From: an uncultured Gemmatimonadales bacterium
Lineage (GTDB): Bacteria; Gemmatimonadota; Gemmatimonadetes; Longimicrobiales; RSA9
DNA length: 64,000 nucleotides
Direction of reading: 5' to 3'
Assembly (NCBI GenBank): GCA_963816355.1
Contig: CAWFKH010000006.1
Span: 320,001 to 384,000 of the forward strand
Shown: piece by piece, positions 18,454 through 28,950 of the stretch
Numbering within the stretch: the stretch's first letter is position 1
Layout of the letters: each line of letters opens with the position of its first letter
Translations under genes and position numbers: made by a program
The notes under the pieces: generated by a model
The model's database searches: none
Seen by the model: the letters and a program-made list of their open reading frames with translations, nothing else
What the model was told of the DNA's origin: nothing

Positions 18454-19332
18454 GTGGAGAGCAGCTATTCGGTGCAGGACCTGCTCGCGCTGCTGGATCT
18501 GGAGCCGCTCGAGGAGGACATCTTCCGCGGCCGCAATCGGGACATCGGGTCGGGGCGGGTCTTCGGCGGACAGGTGTTGGCGCAGGCGCTGGTGGCGGCG
18601 CGGCGCACGGTGGAGGCGGGGCGCGAGGCGCACTCGATGCACGGCTACTTCATCCTGCCGGGCGACATCGAGGCCCCGATCGTCTACTTCGTCGACCGGC
18701 TTCGCGACGGCCGCAGCTTCACGACGCGTCGCGTGACGGCGATTCAGCACGGGCACGCGATCTTCAATCTGTCGGCGTCGTTCCAGGTGATGGAGGAGGG
18801 GCCGGAGCACCAGTCGGCGATGCCGGAGGTGCCGCCGCCGGAAGGCGTGGCGCGGGAGCTGGACCTGATCCGCGAGCGGGCGGACCGCATCCCGCGCGCG
18901 CTGCGCGGCGTCTACACGCAGGATCGTCCGATCGATTTCCGCCCGGTCGACCCGGTGGATCCGTTCGATCCGGAGGCCAGCGCGCCGGAGCGGCGGATGT
19001 GGCTGCGCGCGATCGGCGAGATGCCGGACGAGGCGGTCGCCCACCAGGCGGTCCTCGCCTACGCCTCCGACTACGGTCTGCTGGGTACGGCGCTGCTGCC
19101 GCACGCGCTGTCGTTCCGGCAACCGGACCTGCAGGCGGCGACGCTCGACCACTCGCTCTGGTTCCACCGCCCGTTCCGCGCCGATGGATGGCTGCTCTAC
19201 GTGATGGAGAGCCCGGCCGCGGCGGGCGCGCGCGGCTTCGCGACCGGGCGCGTGTACACGCGCGACGGCCGGCTCGTCGCGTCCGTGGCGCAGGAGGGCC
19301 TGATGCGGCTGCGAGGGGGCGGGGCGCGCTGA
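18454..19332 (+). CDS. tesB: Acyl-CoA thioesterase II
   Basis: RVFGGQVLAQAL, HSMHGYF, RDGRSFTTRRV, AYASD, LDHSLWFH, SVAQEGLMR; GTG 18454 follows GGAGG. Confidence 0.93.
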   Translation: MESSYSVQDLLALLDLEPLEEDIFRGRNRDIGSGRVFGGQVLAQALVAARRTVEAGREAHSMHGYFILPGDIEAPIVYFVDRLRDGRSFTTRRVTAIQHGHAIFNLSASFQVMEEGPEHQSAMPEVPPPEGVARELDLIRERADRIPRALRGVYTQDRPIDFRPVDPVDPFDPEASAPERRMWLRAIGEMPDEAVAHQAVLAYASDYGLLGTALLPHALSFRQPDLQAATLDHSLWFHRPFRADGWLLYVMESPAAAGARGFATGRVYTRDGRLVASVAQEGLMRLRGGGAR

Positions 19333-19375
19333 TGCGACACGTCGCGGCGGCGCACGGTCCGCGCGCGCGCCGGTA

Positions 19376-20362
<987 letters not shown>

Positions 20363-20596
20363 GCTTCGCCTCCATCCATGGTATGCGTCTGGCAGTCCTG
20401 CCGCGCGAGAGGGGACGCAGCCCGCGCGGCGCACGGGCCCGCGTGCCGGCCCACGTGCCGGGCGACCGGAGCCGCAACGGCCGTGCCCCCGGAGCCGCGG
20501 CGGTGTAGTATGTCGCGCGCCGCGGCGGATGTCTTCGCCCGCGGCCACTTCGCGAGAGGCAGCCGCCGCGCGAGGCCACCTCAGCGAGCCGGATTC

Positions 20597-21007
20597 ATGA
20601 CGCCGAGCCGTATCAAGGATCGAAAGGGAGCGCGCCTCCCGCGCACGCCGGAAGGCAACGCGATCCGCGCAGCCGAGGTCTCCGAGCACAAGGGGCGCGG
20701 CGTCTTCGCGTGCCGCCGTATCGAGGCGGGCGAGCTGCTCGACGACGCGCCCGTCGTCGTCTTCTCCGCGGAGCTGCTGCGCGGCACGCCGCCGGACGTC
20801 TACGTCTTCGAGTGGGACGACGGCGAGGAGGCCCTGGCGTTCGGCCTCGTGAGCCTCTGCAACCATTCCTCCTCGCCGAACGCGCGCGTCGTGGCGGACA
20901 TCGAGCGGGAGCGGCTCGAGCTCGAGGCGATCCGGCCGATCGAGCGCGGCGCGGAAGTGACCGTCGACTACGCCTGCGAGCTCTGGTTCGACGCCGTCGA
21001 CGAGTAG
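20597..21007 (+). CDS. SET domain protein-lysine methyltransferase
   Basis: KGRGVFA, NHSSSPN and [11 protein letters not shown] motifs; 136 aa. Confidence 0.88.
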   Translation: MTPSRIKDRKGARLPRTPEGNAIRAAEVSEHKGRGVFACRRIEAGELLDDAPVVVFSAELLRGTPPDVYVFEWDDGEEALAFGLVSLCNHSSSPNARVVADIERERLELEAIRPIERGAEVTVDYACELWFDAVDE

Positions 21008-21648
21008 ACGCGGTGGCGGTCGACCCAGGCCGCCCAGGGCACGAAGATCCAGATCGCGAGCGTCGTGATCGCGAGCGCGTGCGGGCTCGGCGGCGGCGGT
21101 CCCGCGAAGCTGCCGAGGAAGATCACGGCGAGGAACGCCACCAGAGACCACAGGCCCCAGGCGCCGATACGATCCCTGGCCCGCGTAGCACGGACGTAGA
21201 CCGCGACGCCGGCCGCGAAGAGGCCGAGCTCCAGCACGAGCGTCGCGGGGATCGAGTTCCACAGTCCGGCGCCGGCGCGGATCGAGGAACCGGGCCAGAG
21301 CGGCAGGTCCGGCCGGTGCACGGGCCAGTCGAGGAACCAGTGGCTGAGCACCGCCGCCCCCACCACGAGCGCCCCTCTCCGGTAGCGGCGCGCCAGCAGA
21401 TAGCCAAAGCCGATCAGCAGCGCCCAGACGGCGGCCGCCAGCAGGCTGTGCGAGATCGGGTAGTGCACGAAGTCGAGCGGGCTCGCCGCCATCAGACCGG
21501 GCACGATGCGGACGCGCTCGATCCCGAGCAGCAGCAGGATGGGCCACAACTCGTCCAGCCACTGCGCCGCGAACGTGAGCGTCCCGAGCGAGCTGCGTGG
21601 CGCCGCCCGCTTCGCACCCAGCGCGATGCCGTAATGTCCGAGGAACAT
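20968..21648 (-). CDS. Membrane-bound metal-dependent hydrolase (YdjM-like)
   Basis: MFLGHY, LDELWP, YPISHSL and [14 protein letters not shown]; several TM helices. Confidence 0.8.
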   Translation of the reverse strand: MFLGHYGIALGAKRAAPRSSLGTLTFAAQWLDELWPILLLLGIERVRIVPGLMAASPLDFVHYPISHSLLAAAVWALLIGFGYLLARRYRRGALVVGAAVLSHWFLDWPVHRPDLPLWPGSSIRAGAGLWNSIPATLVLELGLFAAGVAVYVRATRARDRIGAWGLWSLVAFLAVIFLGSFAGPPPPSPHALAITTLAIWIFVPWAAWVDRHRVYSSTASNQSSQA

Positions 21649-21702
21649 GAGATCGTGGGTTCGAGAAGCAGGATCGTCAGGAACGCACCGCGGCCAAGGG
21701 GG

Positions 21703-21730
21703 TTGAATTGCGCCGCGGCCGTCGTAGCTT
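21703..21730 (+). promoter_or_regulatory. Sigma70-type promoter of the tRNA gene
   Basis: TTGAAT - 16 nt - TAGCTT, ending 11 nt before the tRNA. Confidence 0.5.
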
Positions 21731-21741
21731 ACGGCCGTTCC

Positions 21742-21824
21742 GGAGGCGTAGTCTAACTGGTAAGGCACCGCACTCGAAATGCGGCGGGCGCAAGCCCATG
21801 GGGGTTCGAGTCCCTCCGCCTCCG
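21742..21824 (+). tRNA. tRNA-Ser(CGA)
   Basis: Acceptor GGAGGCG/CGCCTCC with G discriminator; anticodon arm CCGCA-CTCGAAA-TGCGG; long variable arm GGGC-GCAA-GCCC; T loop TTCGAGT; CCA not encoded. Confidence 0.95.
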
Positions 21825-21889
21825 CTATTCCCACAGTTCGTTTCCCACCCTTCCGACGCCCGCAGGAGGCCGGCGCGGCGCCGCCCGGC

Positions 21890-22819
21890 TCAGCGCGCGG
21901 GCACGATGTGGGCGGAATCGATGTGCCAGCGGCGCTGCGCGGCGCTCGCGCCGTCGACGACGCTTCGTCGCAGCGTGTACGTGCCCTCGAAGCGCTGCCG
22001 CTCGCCCGCCGCCGTGGTGGCGCGGACGCTCACCGGCACGGTGACGTAGCGCGAGCCGGCGGCTCCCTCGACGCGGCCCGGCTCGCCGACGTCGGCTTCG
22101 ACGCTCGCCGTGTGCGCGAATCCGGCCGCGAACGCCGCGTACGTCTGTCCGCTCGCCGCGCCCCCGTTCCCCCACAGTGCGTACGCCGTCCGGTAGTCTC
22201 GCGCGGCGATCGCCGCGTAGTAGCGGCGCACCACATCGGCGGGATCGGCCACCGCCGTGTCGGCCGCACCGGGCATCGTGGCGGTGTCCGGCTGCGGCGC
22301 CTGAGGAGCGGCCGCGTAGGCGGTGATGCGCCAGCCGCCATCGGGGCGAAGTCGTAACGTAACCGGCTCGCGCGAGGCGGTGCCGGCCGCCTCGGCGCTC
22401 GTGACGTAGACGACGTCGCCGCGCACCTCGCACATGCGGCTCCCCACGGCGCTCGCCGCGTGGATCTCGATCCGGTCCGGCCACGGGCTGGAGACCTGGC
22501 GGCCCGGCGCGCGCTCGGGGTGGCGGATCCACGACCGCAGCAGCGCGTCGGTCACGAGCGCCGCGTACGCCCCGCGCATCTCCCCCGCGAGCACGCTGTC
22601 CGGCGCGAGCAGCGACACGTCCTGGAGTCGCGTGCCGAAGCGCGTCACGACGTCGCGCACCGCCGCCCCATCGCACGCGACGTGCGCCGGCGTCCGCGCG
22701 TCCGGCGAGGCGTCGCGGCAGGCGGCGAGGCCGCCGGCGAGCGTGGCCGCGAGGGCGACGCGCGGAGCGACGCACAGGGCCATCCGAAGCGAGTCGGAAG
22801 CTCGACGGAGCGGGCTCAT
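21890..22819 (-). CDS. Hypothetical two-domain lipoprotein
   Basis: Lipobox LAAC; domains with GRQVSSPWPDRIEI and VVRRYYAAI..AYALW..EGAAGSRY; start uncertain. Confidence 0.65.
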   Translation of the reverse strand: MSPLRRASDSLRMALCVAPRVALAATLAGGLAACRDASPDARTPAHVACDGAAVRDVVTRFGTRLQDVSLLAPDSVLAGEMRGAYAALVTDALLRSWIRHPERAPGRQVSSPWPDRIEIHAASAVGSRMCEVRGDVVYVTSAEAAGTASREPVTLRLRPDGGWRITAYAAAPQAPQPDTATMPGAADTAVADPADVVRRYYAAIAARDYRTAYALWGNGGAASGQTYAAFAAGFAHTASVEADVGEPGRVEGAAGSRYVTVPVSVRATTAAGERQRFEGTYTLRRSVVDGASAAQRRWHIDSAHIVPAR

Positions 22820-22847
22820 GCGGCGATTACCGGTTCCACGACGGCCG

Positions 22848-25244
22848 CTACTCCGCCCTCAGCGCGTTCACGGGGTCCGCGCCTGCGGCGCGGCGTGCGG
22901 GCAGCCAGCAGGCGAGAAGCGCGACCGCGGCGAGCAGGGCCGGCACGGCGAGGAACGTGACCGGGTCGAGCGGCGACACGCCGAACGCGAACGCGTGCAC
23001 GAGGTGCGCGGCGAGGATGGCGCCGGCGATCCCGATCAGCGCGCCGGCCGCGGCGATGCGGGCGCCGGAGCCGAGCACCTGGCGGACCAGGTCCTGCTCG
23101 CGGGCGCCGAGCGCGATGCGGATGCCGAACTCGCGCGAGCGCTGCGTGACGAGATACGAGAGGAGCCCATAGACGCCGAGCGCGGCGAGGAGCATGCCGA
23201 CGAGGCCGAAGCCGCCGATGAGCCACGCGGCCACGCGCTGCGGCAGTAGCGTCACCCCCACCTTCGGCGCGAGCGCACCCGGCGCCTGCAGCGCGACGTT
23301 CGGATTCAGCTCGTGCACCACCTCGCGCAGCTTCGAAACGGTCTCCGGCGCCGGCGCGCGGGTGCGCACGTGAAGCACCATGTCGGGCGCGTAGCGCTGC
23401 GCGAACGGCAGGAATACGAACGCCTGCGGGTCTTCCTCCTGCGATGCGTACTTGCCGTCGCGCGTGACGCCGACCACCTCGACCGCCTCGTCGCGGTCGA
23501 TCCGGAGACGTCGACCGAGTGGATCCTCGCCCGGCCACATGCGCCGCGCCAGCGTCTCGTTGACCACAGCGACCGGCCTCGTGCCCGCGCGGTCGCCCGG
23601 CGTGAAGAAGCGGCCGGCGGTGAGCGACACGCGGAGCGTCTCGAAGTACGCCGGATCCACCACGTCGAAGCCGGCGTTGGTGCGGCGCTCGCCCGCGGGT
23701 CCGCCCTCGGCCGGGTGGACGTCGCTGCCGTATCTCGACCCGGTGAGCAGCGCCACCTGGGCGATCCCCGCCGCCTGCACCTCCGGCAGCGCGCGCACGC
23801 GCTCCAGCAGCCGGGCGTAGAAGGCGCGGCCCCGCTCCTCGTCGATGCCGTGCGGCGCCAGGTCGATCCCGGCCACCACGACGCCATCCGGGTCGAAGCC
23901 GGGCGAGGCGCCGAGGGCGCTCCGCAGCGTGCGAACGAAGAGGCCGCCGACCACGAGGAGCAGCACGCACAGCGCGAACTGCGCGGCTACGAACGCCGAA
24001 CGGGCGCGGGAGCGACCGCCCCGCGGGTCCGCCTCCTTGAGGATGCGCGTCACGTCCGTGCGTGACGCGTCCAGCGCGGGAACGAGGCCGAACGCTATGC
24101 CCACTACCGCCGCGATGAGCAGCGCGCCGACGATCACCGCCGGGTCCGGCGACACGTCCAGCGCGACCGCGAAGCCCATCGGAAGGACTGCGACGCGCTC
24201 GAGCAGGCCCGTCAGCAGATAGGCGACACCGACCCCCGCGCCGCCCCCGACGAGGAAGAGAACCACGCTCTCCACGAGGAGCTGCCGCACGATGCGGCCG
24301 CGGCCGGCGCCGATCGCCACGCGCACGCCCATCTCGCGACGTCGCCCCGCGGCACGCGCCAGCAGGATCCCCGCCACGTTGGCACCCGCGATGAGCAGCA
24401 CCAGCAACGCGGTGCCGAAGAGGATTCCCAGGAACGCGTCCACGTCGCCCCGGAACCCGCTCGGGATCCCGGACATGCGCGTTACGCGCGCGCGCTCGAC
24501 GACCGTCTGCCGTTCCCCTGGCGGAATGCTTGTCGCGGCCACGTTCGCGGCCGCGGAAGCCTGCGCGAGCGTCACGCCGGGCGCGAGCCGGCCGAACATC
24601 GCGACCCAGCGGTCGAACATCGACGCCCCGGCACCTGGCGCGTAGGCGCGGATCGGCACCCACGCGTCCAGAACGAAACCGACGTTGGTGCCCGAGAAGC
24701 CGCGCGCCGCGACGCCGACCACCGTGTACGGCCGGCTGTCGAGGTGGACCGTCCGGCCCACGACGCCCGGGTCAGCGCCGAAGCGGCTCCGCCACAACGC
24801 GTGCGACAGCACCACCGTGCGCTCGTCGTCGCGCGCGAAGAAATGCCCCGCGGCCGGCCGCACCCCTAGGACGTCGAAGTAGTTCGCCGACGTCAACGAT
24901 CCGTAGATGCTGGTCGCCTCGCCGTCCGCCTGCAGCGAGAAGCTCGCGTAATGATTCGCCGCGAGCCCCGAGAAGACCCGCGCCGTCGCGTCACGATACT
25001 GCTCGTAGCGCTCGTACGGGATCGCACGCCGGCCGAGCATCGTCCCCACCGCGCCTCGCCGCAGCTCCTCCACCGACACCACCCGGCCCGGCGCCGTGAT
25101 CGGCAGCGGCCGGAACAGCAACGCGTTCACGATGCTCGACACCGCCGTCGTCGCGCCCACACCGAGCGAGATCGTCAGAACGCACACCAGCGTGAGACCC
25201 GGGTTGCGCCGCAGCGCCCGCAGCGCGTATCGCAGATCGCCCAC
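22848..25244 (-). CDS. ADOP-type duplicated MacB/FtsX ABC permease
   Basis: GGAGGAG RBS, GTG start, DLRYALRALRRNPG, REMGVRVAIGA, REFGIRIALGA, PARRAA..DP. Confidence 0.9.
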   Translation of the reverse strand: MGDLRYALRALRRNPGLTLVCVLTISLGVGATTAVSSIVNALLFRPLPITAPGRVVSVEELRRGAVGTMLGRRAIPYERYEQYRDATARVFSGLAANHYASFSLQADGEATSIYGSLTSANYFDVLGVRPAAGHFFARDDERTVVLSHALWRSRFGADPGVVGRTVHLDSRPYTVVGVAARGFSGTNVGFVLDAWVPIRAYAPGAGASMFDRWVAMFGRLAPGVTLAQASAAANVAATSIPPGERQTVVERARVTRMSGIPSGFRGDVDAFLGILFGTALLVLLIAGANVAGILLARAAGRRREMGVRVAIGAGRGRIVRQLLVESVVLFLVGGGAGVGVAYLLTGLLERVAVLPMGFAVALDVSPDPAVIVGALLIAAVVGIAFGLVPALDASRTDVTRILKEADPRGGRSRARSAFVAAQFALCVLLLVVGGLFVRTLRSALGASPGFDPDGVVVAGIDLAPHGIDEERGRAFYARLLERVRALPEVQAAGIAQVALLTGSRYGSDVHPAEGGPAGERRTNAGFDVVDPAYFETLRVSLTAGRFFTPGDRAGTRPVAVVNETLARRMWPGEDPLGRRLRIDRDEAVEVVGVTRDGKYASQEEDPQAFVFLPFAQRYAPDMVLHVRTRAPAPETVSKLREVVHELNPNVALQAPGALAPKVGVTLLPQRVAAWLIGGFGLVGMLLAALGVYGLLSYLVTQRSREFGIRIALGAREQDLVRQVLGSGARIAAAGALIGIAGAILAAHLVHAFAFGVSPLDPVTFLAVPALLAAVALLACWLPARRAAGADPVNALRAE

Positions 25245-25559
25245 CCGCTCTCCTCCGGCTTCGCGAGGCTCGTTGCTGGCCAGATGTCGAAGGTCGGAAG
25301 CGCGGAGCGGCCGCGCAAGGCGGGCGCCGAGGGCACGGAGCACAAGGACGATGAGGAGGCACGGAGCAAACGGAGAAATTGCTCGTCGCGGAGAACGCCC
25401 TCCGCCGTCCCTCCGCGCCCTCCCTGGCGCGACGCCGCCGCCGATGTTACTACTGGGTCTGAGCTATCTCCACCACGGAGAGAGATCCGCGCGACGGGCC
25501 GGGGATGGCCGGCCGCGAGGAGAGGGCTGGACGGAGAACCGCTGCGAACGGAGGGCACC

Positions 25560-25910
25560 GTGCCGGAGCCGAGGGACCATCTGCCTTTGACGCATCTGAC
25601 GTATCACGTGCTGCTGGTCCTGGCGGAAGGGTCGGGGCACGGCTACGGCATCATCCAGGAGGTCGAGCGGCGGTCGGGCGGGCTGGTGTCGCCGGGGACG
25701 GGGTCCTTCTACGAGGTGATGCGGAAGCTGCGCTCGGACGGCTTGATCGATGACGCGCCGGCGCCGGAGGACGAGGTGGACGCGCGGCGGAAGTACTACC
25801 GGGTGAGCCCGTTGGGCGCGGAGGTGTTGCGGCTGGAGGCGACGCGTCTGGAGGGGCTGGTGCGGGCGGCGCGTCGGCTGGAGCTGCGTCCGCGGACGGC
25901 GAGGGCGTGA
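25560..25910 (+). CDS. PadR family transcriptional regulator
   Basis: HVLLVLAEG..HGYGII...PGTGSFY...RRKYYRVS; GGAGGG RBS. A TCTCC-N5-GGAGA palindrome lies at 25467-25481. Confidence 0.9.
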   Translation: MPEPRDHLPLTHLTYHVLLVLAEGSGHGYGIIQEVERRSGGLVSPGTGSFYEVMRKLRSDGLIDDAPAPEDEVDARRKYYRVSPLGAEVLRLEATRLEGLVRAARRLELRPRTARA

Positions 25911-28618
25911 TGAGGGGGCTGGAGCGGGGGTTCGCGGCGGCGTTTCGCTGGCTTGCGGGGCGGGGGTCGGGCGGTGGGTGTGGCGACGTCGAGGAGGCGC
26001 TCGGCGTGTCGCTCGAGCGACTGCGGGCGCGGCGCGCGTCGCGTGGCGTGCTCGCCGCGGCGCTGTTCGGGCTGAGGGAGCTGGCGGACATGGGGGTGGT
26101 GAGGCGGCGGCGGAGTGCGGCTCGGCGGGAGGATGGCGCGGCGGGTGGTGGTGGTTGGGAGCCGTGGCGGGACGGGGTGCGGGGGCTGCGCGCGGCGGTG
26201 CGGCGCCCGCTGCTGACGGCGGGGGTGGTGGGGACGCTGGCGTTCGGGATCGCGGTGACGAGCGTGATGTTCGGCGTGGTGTCGACGGTGTTGTGGCGGC
26301 CGTTGCCGTACGATCACGCGGATCGGGTCGTCATGATCTGGGGCGACGTGCCGCAGATCGACCTGGGCTATCCCGAGGTCCCGATGCACGGGACCCATTT
26401 CTCGAAGATCCGCGACGAAGCGAAGACGCTGGCGGCGGTGGCGGCGTTCAAGGCGGACCTGTTCAACTTGGACGAGGGGTCGACGCGGGAGCGGCTGGAC
26501 GGCGTGCGCGCGACGGGCGGCTTCTTCCGGGCCGTCGGCGTGCGACCGGCGCTGGGTCGTTTCTTCGATCGGACGGAAGAGGCGCCGGGCCGGGACCGCG
26601 TGGTGGTGCTGAGCTGGAGTCTGTGGCGCAGCGCGTTCAACGCGGATGCCAGCGTCGTCGGCCGCACGATCCGGTTGAACGGGCAGCCGTACACGGTGAT
26701 CGGGGTGGCGCCGGAGGGATTCGACTTCCCGCGTGGCGGCGAGATGCCGGGCAGCTTCCAGATGCCGGAGCGGGCGCGGTTGTGGGTTCCGATGGCGCCG
26801 GCGACCCGCGGTCCTTCGGACCTGGCGCTGGTGGCGCGGGTGAAGCCGGGCGTCGGTGCGGCGGCGGTGCAGGGGGACCTCGACCGCGTGACGCGCATGC
26901 TGGAGGAGGAGCGGCACGTGAAAGGGTGGTACGGCACGCGCGCCGTCCCACTCCGCACGCAGGTCGTGGGCGACAGGACACCGATGCTGCTGCTGCTCTT
27001 CGGCGCCGTCGCGCTGGTGATGCTGATCACGTGCGCGAACGCGGCGCAGTTGCTGCTGGCGAGCGCCATCGCGCGGCGCCAGGACTTCGCCGTCCGCACC
27101 GCCCTGGGCGCATCGCGCGCGCGGCTGATACGGCAGCTCCTGGCCGAGGCACTCGCGCTCGCGGCGCTCGCCGGGGTCGCGGGGGCGTTGCTCGCCCGTC
27201 TCGGAGCGGGGCTCGTGCGCACGCTCGGACCCGCGCAGATGCCGCGTCTGGCCGACGTCCACGTCGACGGCGGCGTGCTCGGCTTCGCGCTCGCGCTCAC
27301 GGCGCTGACCGGCGTCCTCTTCGGCGTCGCGCCGGCGATCGTGGGCGCGCGCGTCGATCCGTATGCCGCGCTGCGGGCGGGTGGCCGCGGAGGGACCGGA
27401 CTGCTGCCGTCGCGCATGAGACGCGCGCTGCTGGTGACGGAGGTCGCGCTCTCCCTGGTGCTGCTCGCCGGCGCCGGTCTGCTGCTGCGCAGTCTCGCCG
27501 CGCAGTACCGGACCGACCTCGGGTTCCGGCCCGAGGGAACCCTCACCTTCGAAGTCACGTTGCCGGAAGCGCGCTACCCGGAGGAGCGGCACGGCACGCA
27601 CCTGGCGCGACCCAAGCTGGTGGCCGCGCTCGACGACGCACTGCGGCGGCTGCGTGACGTCCCGGGCGTGCGCGCGGCGTCGCTGGCGAAGCCGCTCCCG
27701 CTGAGCGGCGCCCAGGAGGCGTCCGTCTATCTGGTGGAGGGCAGGCCGGTGCCGGACCCGAAGGACCTCCCCATAGCCGATTACGTGGTCGTCGGGCCGA
27801 GCTTCTTCCGGACGATGGGATCGTCGCTCGTGAAGGGGCGCGAGTTCACCGGCGCGGACGACCAGGACGCGCTCCAGGTCGTCGTCGTCAACCGTGCGAT
27901 GGCGCAGTTGCTGTGGCCGGGCGAGGACCCGATCGGCAAGCGCATCCGGCTCCCGGCGGGCGACCGCTCGTGGCGCACCGTGGTCGGCGTCGCGCCCGAT
28001 GTGAAGGAGCTGTCCGTGACCGAGAAGGCGCGGCCGATCATGTTCGTGCCGTACCGCCAGGACCCGTATCCGTCGCTCGGCACCGTGACGTTGCTCGTCC
28101 GCACGACGGGCGCGCCGCTCTCCCTCGTCGCGCCGATCCGCCGCGCGATCGCCGGCGTCGATCCGGACCTGCCGCTGGCGAAGATCCGCACCGTCGACGA
28201 CCTCGTCGGCGAGGCGACCGCCGAGCCCCGCTTCGCCACCGTACTTCTCGGCGGATTCGCCATCGTCGCCAGCCTCCTCGCCGCCCTCGGCCTCGCCGGC
28301 CTCACCGCCTTCATCGTCGCCCAGCGACGCCGCGAGCTCGGCGTCCGCGTCGCCCTCGGCGCCACGCGACGCCGCATCCTCGTCGACGTGCTCGGCGACG
28401 GTCTGAAGACCGCCCTCGTCGGCTCCGCCGCGGGCCTGCTCGTCGCGCTGCTCGCCACGCGCCTGCTCGGCTCGATGCTCTACGGCGTCTCCAGCCTCGA
28501 TCCCCTCACCTTCGCGCTCGCACCCGCCGTCCTCGTCGCCACGATCGTCGCCGCGTGCGCCGTCCCGGCGTGGAAGGCCGCCGGCGTCGACCCCCGCAGC
28601 ACGCTCGACGCGGGGTAG
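25907..28618 (+). CDS. ADOP-type duplicated MacB/FtsX ABC permease
   Basis: Overlaps the padR stop; LWRPLPY, LITCANAAQL, RELGVRVALGA, PAWKAAGVDP. Confidence 0.9.
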   Translation: MMRGLERGFAAAFRWLAGRGSGGGCGDVEEALGVSLERLRARRASRGVLAAALFGLRELADMGVVRRRRSAARREDGAAGGGGWEPWRDGVRGLRAAVRRPLLTAGVVGTLAFGIAVTSVMFGVVSTVLWRPLPYDHADRVVMIWGDVPQIDLGYPEVPMHGTHFSKIRDEAKTLAAVAAFKADLFNLDEGSTRERLDGVRATGGFFRAVGVRPALGRFFDRTEEAPGRDRVVVLSWSLWRSAFNADASVVGRTIRLNGQPYTVIGVAPEGFDFPRGGEMPGSFQMPERARLWVPMAPATRGPSDLALVARVKPGVGAAAVQGDLDRVTRMLEEERHVKGWYGTRAVPLRTQVVGDRTPMLLLLFGAVALVMLITCANAAQLLLASAIARRQDFAVRTALGASRARLIRQLLAEALALAALAGVAGALLARLGAGLVRTLGPAQMPRLADVHVDGGVLGFALALTALTGVLFGVAPAIVGARVDPYAALRAGGRGGTGLLPSRMRRALLVTEVALSLVLLAGAGLLLRSLAAQYRTDLGFRPEGTLTFEVTLPEARYPEERHGTHLARPKLVAALDDALRRLRDVPGVRAASLAKPLPLSGAQEASVYLVEGRPVPDPKDLPIADYVVVGPSFFRTMGSSLVKGREFTGADDQDALQVVVVNRAMAQLLWPGEDPIGKRIRLPAGDRSWRTVVGVAPDVKELSVTEKARPIMFVPYRQDPYPSLGTVTLLVRTTGAPLSLVAPIRRAIAGVDPDLPLAKIRTVDDLVGEATAEPRFATVLLGGFAIVASLLAALGLAGLTAFIVAQRRRELGVRVALGATRRRILVDVLGDGLKTALVGSAAGLLVALLATRLLGSMLYGVSSLDPLTFALAPAVLVATIVAACAVPAWKAAGVDPRSTLDAG

Positions 28619-28860
28619 AGGGCGCGGGTTAGAGGGCGCGGGTTAGAGGGCGCGGGCGGAGAGCGCGGAGCGGAGGGGTGCGGAGCGGAGGGGTGCGGAG
28701 GGCACGGGGTGAGGGGGCGGAGAGCGCGCTGCCGAGCCCGGCGCCGGCCGACCGCGAACGCTCCGTGATCTCCGAACCTCCGCAGCCCTCCGTGAAAAGC
28801 CGTACCTCCGTGATCTCGGCGATCTCAGCAGTCCCTCGACTCCGCGATCTCGGCAGTCCC
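28615..28860. repeat. Low-complexity REP-like intergenic repeats
   Basis: GTAGAGGGCGCGG/TTAGAGGGCGCGG unit x3 at 14-bp period, GCGGAGCGGAGGGGT x2, and CTCCGTGATCTC / CTCCGTGAAA units resembling the MITE arms. Confidence 0.5.
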
Positions 28861-28950
28861 CGCCCGCACGGCGGTCGCTGCAATCTTGCGGCGGAAGTAG
28901 GCGGGGCCGAACTTGCCGGCAACGATTCCGACGTACGCGAGAGGGGGGAC

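Noticed and set aside
21742..22819. Genomic island integrated at tRNA-Ser
   Set aside because: No integrase, no duplicated tRNA 3' end seen, and no compositional shift downstream.
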